64,000 nucleotides of DNA, taken from Ignavibacteriales bacterium (GTDB taxonomy: Bacteria > Bacteroidota > Ignavibacteria > UBA10030 > UBA6906). How positions within the stretch are numbered: position 1 is the first letter of the stretch; each line of letters starts with the position of its first letter. Of the stretch, positions 57,696 through 64,000 are shown piece by piece. The stretch lies in contig JBBIRR010000001.1 in the NCBI GenBank assembly GCA_037441705.1, positions 128,001 to 192,000 of the forward strand. The letters run 5' to 3'. Made by a program: the position numbers and the translations under genes. The notes under the pieces are model-generated. The model was not told the origin of the DNA and searched no databases. It saw only the letters and a list, made by a program, of their open reading frames with translations.

Positions 57696-58324
57696 TCAAA
57701 ATCCTCATCGCCGACGACCATCCGATGGTTCGGGAGGGGCTGAAGAAGACGCTGAGCGAGGAACCGGATATCCACCTGCTGGGCGAGGCACGCAACGCAC
57801 AGGAAACGCGCGCGCTGGTTGCCGAACATGACGCCGATGTGCTGGTGCTGGATATCTCGATGCCCGGCACAAGCGGCCTTTCGCTCCTGCAGGACGTCCT
57901 GCGCATGAAGAACGACCTGCGTGTGCTGATCCTGAGCATGCACCCCGAGGAACGCTTTGCCATCCGCGCACTCAAGGAAGGCGCCTCCGGTTATCTCACG
58001 AAAGAATCCGCGCCGGAGGAACTTGCGCGGGCAATCCGCAAAATTGCCGCCGGCCGACGCTACATCAGTCCCACACTTGCCGAGAAGCTCGTCGAAGAGC
58101 TTCAGTCGGATAGCACCGCTCTTCCTCATGAACTCCTCTCCGAGCGCGAGTACGAAATCTTCCTCATGATTGCCGGCGGCAAAACCGTAAGCGCTATCGC
58201 GGAGGAACTCTCGTTGAGCGTTGCGACCGTGAGCACACATCGCCGACGCATCCTCGAGAAAATGAACCTTTCGAACAACGCAGAAATCGTGCAATACGCT
58301 TACGCCAACAAGCTGATGCAGTAA
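57692..58324 (+). CDS. NarL/UvrY-family response regulator
   Basis: ILIADDH; LDISMPG; LSEREY...IAEELSLS..TVSTHR.RILEKM; ATGA overlap with the kinase. Confidence 0.95.
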   Translation: MIKILIADDHPMVREGLKKTLSEEPDIHLLGEARNAQETRALVAEHDADVLVLDISMPGTSGLSLLQDVLRMKNDLRVLILSMHPEERFAIRALKEGASGYLTKESAPEELARAIRKIAAGRRYISPTLAEKLVEELQSDSTALPHELLSEREYEIFLMIAGGKTVSAIAEELSLSVATVSTHRRRILEKMNLSNNAEIVQYAYANKLMQ

Positions 58325-58780
58325 GACCCGCCGCAACACGTCACCCCTGTTGGTTCCTTCTGCTGCAACGAGTTATCAGCGAAAGTATGACAGTACTTTC
58401 ATACCCCCGCGAATTTTGCTTCCGTGTGTTCCATCGTATCTTTCTGTTGCCATCATCCGCGTCCGGGAGACCGCCGCGGCCCCCCGATGATGCGCAACAA
58501 AACAGTCAGGGAGAGAAAAATCTTTGCAACACAACAAGCAGCACAACACACAGGGACGAGACGGGGCCGCGCGCGCGGTTCGTATGAAGAGAATAGGTAA
58601 ACTCTGTCCTCCGTTCGATGCCTCGTACACAATCCTGAGCCGCACGGAAGCATTGTGCAGGAACGGAGCGGCCCTCTGGTTCCTCGCGCAGAGAGCAAGC
58701 AGCTCTACACAACGTCCTTCACGCAGCTTGCTCATTCCGCCCTTCCCGCCAGAAACACCATGCACGCGTAAGGAGGGGCA

Positions 58781-59983
58781 GTGAAAGACGCACGCATTCT
58801 GATTGTGGAAAACGAAGCACCTCATGCCATGGACCTGAAGTACCGCGTCGAAACGCTCGGTTACCATGTGCTGGGGATTGTGGACACCGGAGAGAAAGCC
58901 GTTGATTTTGTCAAACGCTATCGCCCCGATTTGATTCTCATGGATGTCGGGCTGAATAGCGCAATGGATGGGGTTGCGACCGCGGCGGAAATCTGGAAGA
59001 AGACCAGGACGCCGTTCGTGTACATCACCGCGTATTCGGAAGAATCCATCGCGACCCGAACGGATGCCGTCGAGCCTTACGGTCTTGTCGGCAAGCCGTT
59101 TCATGATCGGGAGCTGCAGACGGCCATCGAAGTGGCGCTCTACAAGGCCGCGGTCGAAGCGTCGGTGCGCCGACGCGAACGGGAGCTTGAGACGATTCTC
59201 AACAGCATGCGCGACGGCGCGATCATCGTTGATCGGCACTCGCGTATTCGCTACATGAATCCCATTGCAGAACTCCTGACGGGTTGGAAAGCGAGCGAAG
59301 CAAACGGGCGCGAGCTTAGCAGCGTGCTGCGTCCGGCAGGGACGGACACGAAACAGGAGTTGTCCATCTGTCTCGGCATCGTCCTTCGTGAAGGCGGCGG
59401 CTTGACCGTCTCCAACATCGAGTTGCTGACAAAGGATGATGCGCCCATCGTTGTGGATGCGGCGATCGCCGTGGTGCAGAATGCAACGGGCGAACTCGAA
59501 GGAGCGGCAGTGCTCCTCCAGGACGCTTCACCGCGCCTGCGTGCCGAGCGGGAGTTGGAGATGCAGCGCGCGTTCTTCCGCCAATTGTTCGAGAAGTCAC
59601 CCCTGGCCATTGCCATTCTCGATCGCAACGATCGCTTCGTCGACATCAACCCGGCGTTCACCGAACTGTTTCAGTACACGCCGTCGGATGTCCGGGGGAA
59701 ATGTATTGCTGATCTGCTTGTCCCGCCGGAATCCGCGAGCGAGTGGATGAACTACTCCCGTATGGTTCATGACAAAGAACGAGTGACCGCCACAGGATTA
59801 CGTCGGCGGAAAGACGGAGGCATCGTTCCAGTTTCCATACATGCGATCCCCATTATGCTTTCGGACGACTCGATCGGCGTGTATGCAATTTACGGGAATG
59901 CCTCAGGGCAGGACCTCGACGCGGCCTCGCCCTCTCGCGTTCTTACGCAGACATCACCAGAAACCATGAACGAAAGCGTATGA
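58781..59983 (+). CDS. Response regulator with REC and two PAS domains; no output domain
   Basis: AAGGAGG RBS with GTG start; ILIVENE; DLILMD; ITAY; KPF; two PAS domains. Confidence 0.85.
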   Translation: MKDARILIVENEAPHAMDLKYRVETLGYHVLGIVDTGEKAVDFVKRYRPDLILMDVGLNSAMDGVATAAEIWKKTRTPFVYITAYSEESIATRTDAVEPYGLVGKPFHDRELQTAIEVALYKAAVEASVRRRERELETILNSMRDGAIIVDRHSRIRYMNPIAELLTGWKASEANGRELSSVLRPAGTDTKQELSICLGIVLREGGGLTVSNIELLTKDDAPIVVDAAIAVVQNATGELEGAAVLLQDASPRLRAERELEMQRAFFRQLFEKSPLAIAILDRNDRFVDINPAFTELFQYTPSDVRGKCIADLLVPPESASEWMNYSRMVHDKERVTATGLRRRKDGGIVPVSIHAIPIMLSDDSIGVYAIYGNASGQDLDAASPSRVLTQTSPETMNESV

Positions 59984-62868
59984 CGACATCCGCGAGTATT
60001 GATCTTCAGGGCAACATCAGCTTCGATTCTTCGCACCGGTCTGTGTATGCACCGGACATCGGTGTGGAAGAACGCTATCGCATCATCACGGAATTACTGA
60101 CCGACATCATCTGCGAGACCGACCCGAACGGTATCGCGACGTACGTGAGTCCATCGTGTCAAAAGGTTCTCGGCTACTCGCCCGATCAGTTGGTAGGCCG
60201 CTCGATCTTCGACCTGATTCATCCCGATGATGTTGCCGAAGCACTCATCGTGTTCCACACGGCGATCAGCGATCGAAGCGAGGGCCGGGCCGAGGTTCGG
60301 TATCGCACCGCCGATGGTCGGTACATCTGGATGGAAGCAGTCGGACGAGCCATCTGTGAGTGGGACGGCACTGTCCGCGGCGCGATCATTATATGCCGGG
60401 ACATCACCAGACGAGTTGAACAGCAGCGTGAACTGCGCGTCCAGAACGCGCTCCGTCAGGCTGCGCTTAACAGCACCGAGAACGGATTGTTTGCAATCGA
60501 TGGCGAGTATCGGTACACCCTGTTCAATCGCCATCACGCGGAACGCATGAAGCGCTTGTTCGGCATCGAGATCCAGCCCGGCAAGAGCATTGTCGAAGCC
60601 TTCAACACTCATCCGCAGCGGGATGAGATCAAGGCGTTCCTCGACCGCCTGCTGCAGGGTGAGCAAGCAGAGCCGCATCTGTGGTCCTTCGACACGGCTG
60701 AAGGGGGAGAGTACTACTGTGAAGCCTCCGGCAATCCCATCCGCAACGGACGCGGGGGCGTTGTGGGCGCTGTTGTCGTAACCAGAGACGTTACCCATCA
60801 GCATAAAGCGGAGGTACGCCGCCAGGAGCAACTGCTCTTTCTGAACACGCTGCTTGACGGCATTCCCGCTCCTGTTTTCTACAAGGACTGTCAGGGAAGG
60901 TTCCTGGGAATGAACAGAAGCTTCGAGCAGTTCTTTGCCATCGCGAAAGAGAGTCTCATCGGCAAGACGGTGTACGATCTTCTGCACGACGAACTCGCCC
61001 ACGTAATCAGCCAGCATAACCGGCAGGTTCTCTCGACCGAACAACCGCTTGTCTATCCGACAACGGTTTACAACGCAGCCGGCCAACTGCGTCAAGTGCT
61101 TGTTCATCTGGCTCCCTTCAAGGATCGGTCAGGGGCGATTGCCGGTGTGGTGGGGGTGGTTCTGGACGTAACGGAGTTGCGGGAGACGCAACAGCAGCTC
61201 CGCGGATCACTGGAAGAGAAAGAGGTGTTGGTGCGTGAGCTGAAGCTGCAGCAGGCATTCTTCAAACAACTGTTCCAGGCATCCCCCGAGGCGGTTGCCA
61301 TCCTTGATGCTGACGGCGTGATCATAGATGTCAACGCGGCGTTCGAGCAGCTGTTCCAGTTCACAGCCGATGAAGCTCGGGGGAAAGTCTTCCGGGAGCT
61401 TATCGTGCCCGACGAACAACGGGCCGACGCAGCAGCACAGTGGAATCCCCAAGAAGCTACCGATCTTCTCCGAACGGAAACCATCCGCATGCGTAAGGAC
61501 GGTAGTCGCTTCCCGGTCGCCATCAGTGCGTCATCAATCATGCTGGACCAAAGTCGGTTGGGGGTGTGTGCTGTGTATCAGGACCTCACCCAAAGGAAGG
61601 AAGCAGAGGCACAACTTCGGCAGCTTTCGCGTGCCGTCGAGCAAAGCCCGGCTTCGATCATCATCACCGACACGACCGGAGCCATTGAATACGTCAACCC
61701 AAGATTCTGTGCACAAACCGGCTACGCACTCGAGGAGGTACTCGGCAAGAATCCGCGCATCCTCAAATCCGGGCTGACGCCGCCGGAGGTGTATCGAGAC
61801 CTGTGGCAAACGATCACGTCGGGCAGAGAGTGGATTGGAGAGCTTCACAACAAGACAAAAACCGGGGAGCTCTTCTGGGAACTCGCACATATCTCACCCA
61901 TCATGGATGAGAACGGTACCATCACCCACTACCTTGCCGTGAAGGAAGACATCACCGAGCGGAAGGGCATCGACTCGCTGCGTTCTCATCTGGAGGAACA
62001 GTTGCGCGCACGGAACGCCGAGCTGGAGCAGTCGATCGCGCAGATAAAAAAAATGCAGTCGGGCCTCATCCAGTCGGAAAAGATGGCGTCGCTGGGCTTG
62101 CTGACCGCCGGCATCGCGCACGAAATCAACAACCCGCTGGCCTACATTTCCAGCAACCTGAATCGGTTTGCCGAGTACTTCAATGACTCCGTTGCGCTGC
62201 TCGAGCGATGGAAGAAGTTCGCCGACGATGCTCGCCTCCAGGAAACACACGGTGCGGCGATCGCCGAACTGCAAGCTGAAGAAGAGCAGGTTGATCTTCC
62301 CTTCATCACAACCGATTTCACAAACCTGATGCAGCATGCCCGCGAGGGAATCGATCGCATCCGCTCCATCGTGGATCAACTACGCGGCTTCTCGCACGTG
62401 AGCAGCGAGGTGACGGATGACGTCTCGGTGGAGCGCGCCCTGGACGACACGGTGATCCTTGCCTGGAACGAGATCAAGTACAAGGCCACGATGGTTCGGG
62501 AATACGGCAACATCCCGCCGGTACGCTGCAGCGCGGGCGAGCTGAAACAGGTGTTCGTCAACCTGCTGGTGAATGCGGCCCACGCGATTGAGAAGAACGG
62601 GACCATCACGCTGCGAACGGCCACACGCGACGGACAGGCCGTGATCGAAATCGAAGACACCGGATGCGGCATTCCGCCGGAACATCTCAAGAAAATTTTC
62701 GATCCCTTCTTCACCACAAAAGCCGTCGGGAAAGGGACGGGCCTTGGCCTGTGGATTTCCGCAACCATCATCAACAAATATGGCGGAACGATCAACGTCG
62801 AGAGTCGCGTCGGTGTCGGATCGAAGTTCATCATCACCCTCCCCCTCGCTGCGGAGGCAAAAGGCTGA
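59980..62868 (+). CDS. Cytoplasmic multi-PAS (five) histidine kinase, NtrB-like HisKA
   Basis: PAS repeats; QSEKMASLGLLTAGIAHEINNP; QVFVNLLVNA; DTGCG; FDPFFTTK..GKGTGLGL. Confidence 0.93.
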   Translation: MTTSASIDLQGNISFDSSHRSVYAPDIGVEERYRIITELLTDIICETDPNGIATYVSPSCQKVLGYSPDQLVGRSIFDLIHPDDVAEALIVFHTAISDRSEGRAEVRYRTADGRYIWMEAVGRAICEWDGTVRGAIIICRDITRRVEQQRELRVQNALRQAALNSTENGLFAIDGEYRYTLFNRHHAERMKRLFGIEIQPGKSIVEAFNTHPQRDEIKAFLDRLLQGEQAEPHLWSFDTAEGGEYYCEASGNPIRNGRGGVVGAVVVTRDVTHQHKAEVRRQEQLLFLNTLLDGIPAPVFYKDCQGRFLGMNRSFEQFFAIAKESLIGKTVYDLLHDELAHVISQHNRQVLSTEQPLVYPTTVYNAAGQLRQVLVHLAPFKDRSGAIAGVVGVVLDVTELRETQQQLRGSLEEKEVLVRELKLQQAFFKQLFQASPEAVAILDADGVIIDVNAAFEQLFQFTADEARGKVFRELIVPDEQRADAAAQWNPQEATDLLRTETIRMRKDGSRFPVAISASSIMLDQSRLGVCAVYQDLTQRKEAEAQLRQLSRAVEQSPASIIITDTTGAIEYVNPRFCAQTGYALEEVLGKNPRILKSGLTPPEVYRDLWQTITSGREWIGELHNKTKTGELFWELAHISPIMDENGTITHYLAVKEDITERKGIDSLRSHLEEQLRARNAELEQSIAQIKKMQSGLIQSEKMASLGLLTAGIAHEINNPLAYISSNLNRFAEYFNDSVALLERWKKFADDARLQETHGAAIAELQAEEEQVDLPFITTDFTNLMQHAREGIDRIRSIVDQLRGFSHVSSEVTDDVSVERALDDTVILAWNEIKYKATMVREYGNIPPVRCSAGELKQVFVNLLVNAAHAIEKNGTITLRTATRDGQAVIEIEDTGCGIPPEHLKKIFDPFFTTKAVGKGTGLGLWISATIINKYGGTINVESRVGVGSKFIITLPLAAEAKG

Positions 62869-62877
62869 GCAGGTGAC

Positions 62878-64000
62878 ATGATTGCGGTCGATGAACATAA
62901 GAGGGCACAGGAGTCGGTTGCGTCGTCGTCCATCGTCGTGGTGGATGACGAGCCGGCGATTCTTGCGTCGCTCACAAGTTTGCTGCGCCGTCAACGCTTT
63001 GCCGTCCACGGATTTGAGGCAGGAACGGAAGCCCTCGAGTTTCTTCGCAACAATCCGGTGAGTCTGATCCTCAGCGACATGAAGATGCCGGAGATGAACG
63101 GGTGCGAGGTACTTCAGAAAGCTGTGCAGCTCAATCCGGACTCTGTACGCATCCTGATGAGCGGGCATGAGAGTAAAGAGGAGATTCTGGCTGCGATCAG
63201 CGACGGCATCGCCCAATTTTACATCATCAAACCGTGGGACGACGAGGCGCTGCGCGAGACCATGGGTGAAGCCATCCGCCTGCAGCAGGAGCTGAAGGCC
63301 CTGCGTCTCAAGGAAGTGCTGAAGTCGCTGAACGCGCTTCCGTCACCCTCGCGATTTCAGACGGGGCTCTGGCAGCTTCTGGCCAAGCCCGAGAAACCCA
63401 TCCATGAACTCGCCGAAGAGATCGAGCGCAGTCCTGCGCTTGTAGCGAAGCTCCTGCGCGTCGCGAACTCGGTTTTCTTCGGGGCACGGCAGAAAGTCAC
63501 AACCGTCCTCGATGCCCTTCGCCTCGTCGGGACGCAGTACGTCGTCTCCATGGCCATTTCGATCGAATCGCTGAACGCCGCGACGGGGGGGATGTCTGCC
63601 GACACTGCCGCTCGTGTCGAGAAGATTTGGGAGCGCAGCCTGCGGAAGACACATCTGGCAAAGCAGATTGCCTCGCGCTGGCAGAACTTCCAGCAGATGC
63701 ATGCCCTGACGATCGCGTCGTTGCTGCAGGACATTGGCATAATCATCCTGATGTGTTATCGTCCCGAGGAGTATCGTCGGTATCAATCTCTGCTGGACAC
63801 CAAGGGGGCGACGCCGTACGCACTGCAGCGCGAGGTCTTCGGCATTACGCACGAGAAGTTGGGCGAAGCAGTGCTTGAGTACTGGAACTTTCCCAAAGAA
63901 ATCAGCGCCGCTGTGGGACGACACCATGGTCCGACGGAGAACGATACGATCGCTGTAATCCTTCAACTCACCAACATCCTCGACGACGAAAATGATGCGC
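62878..64000 (+). CDS. REC + HDOD domain protein (partial, runs off the window)
   Basis: From ATG 62878: IVVVDDE...ILSDMKMP...KPW; LPSP; SPALVAKLLRVANS.FFG; LLQDIG; HEKLGEAVLEYWNFP...HH. Not in the ORF track. Confidence 0.9.
   Translation, partial: MIAVDEHKRAQESVASSSIVVVDDEPAILASLTSLLRRQRFAVHGFEAGTEALEFLRNNPVSLILSDMKMPEMNGCEVLQKAVQLNPDSVRILMSGHESKEEILAAISDGIAQFYIIKPWDDEALRETMGEAIRLQQELKALRLKEVLKSLNALPSPSRFQTGLWQLLAKPEKPIHELAEEIERSPALVAKLLRVANSVFFGARQKVTTVLDALRLVGTQYVVSMAISIESLNAATGGMSADTAARVEKIWERSLRKTHLAKQIASRWQNFQQMHALTIASLLQDIGIIILMCYRPEEYRRYQSLLDTKGATPYALQREVFGITHEKLGEAVLEYWNFPKEISAAVGRHHGPTENDTIAVILQLTNILDDENDA

Noticed and set aside
58376-58784. Short ORFs in the gap between the two signalling operons
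   Set aside because: They have no RBS, motif or coding-like composition, so the gap is treated as non-coding.
63343-63966. 207-aa minus-strand ORF at the window end
   Set aside because: It is antisense to the open REC-HDOD frame starting at 62878.

Overview
A GC-rich bacterial chromosomal window. It probably comes from an Ignavibacteria-like member of the FCB group: four proteins carry the 'LxQNYPNPFNP' T9SS-type C-terminal domain, a Bacteroidota-type bS22 is present, and promoters and ribosome-binding sites are canonical sigma70/Shine-Dalgarno types. From left to right it contains: (1) the 5' part of lepA; (2) a module of a Reg_prop/Y_Y_Y sensor kinase, a NarL-type regulator and three T9SS-CTD secreted proteins, two of which are tandem paralogs; (3) housekeeping and accessory genes (HAD, LhgO-like oxidase, beta-barrel, YbhB, TauE, DUF2461, S9 peptidase, tex, prfC, sppA, HU, DZR-TPR, and a bS22 missed by the ORF track); (4) three Hsp20 genes plus lon behind a candidate sigma54 promoter; (5) a cytochrome c / cupredoxin-like unit with an orphan regulator; (6) a MITE-like palindrome beside tRNA-Pro(GGG); (7) a ~22 kb Wzm/Wzt polysaccharide locus bracketed by two paralogous GH8 hydrolases of different architecture, which also encodes a ParB/Srx-like domain fused to a GT4; (8) a PAS-rich signalling cluster ending in a partial REC-HDOD gene. 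The best candidate for an undescribed system is the GH8-bracketed Wzm/Wzt locus with its ParB-like-GT4 fusion. All calls come from motif recognition by eye; no database searches were run.
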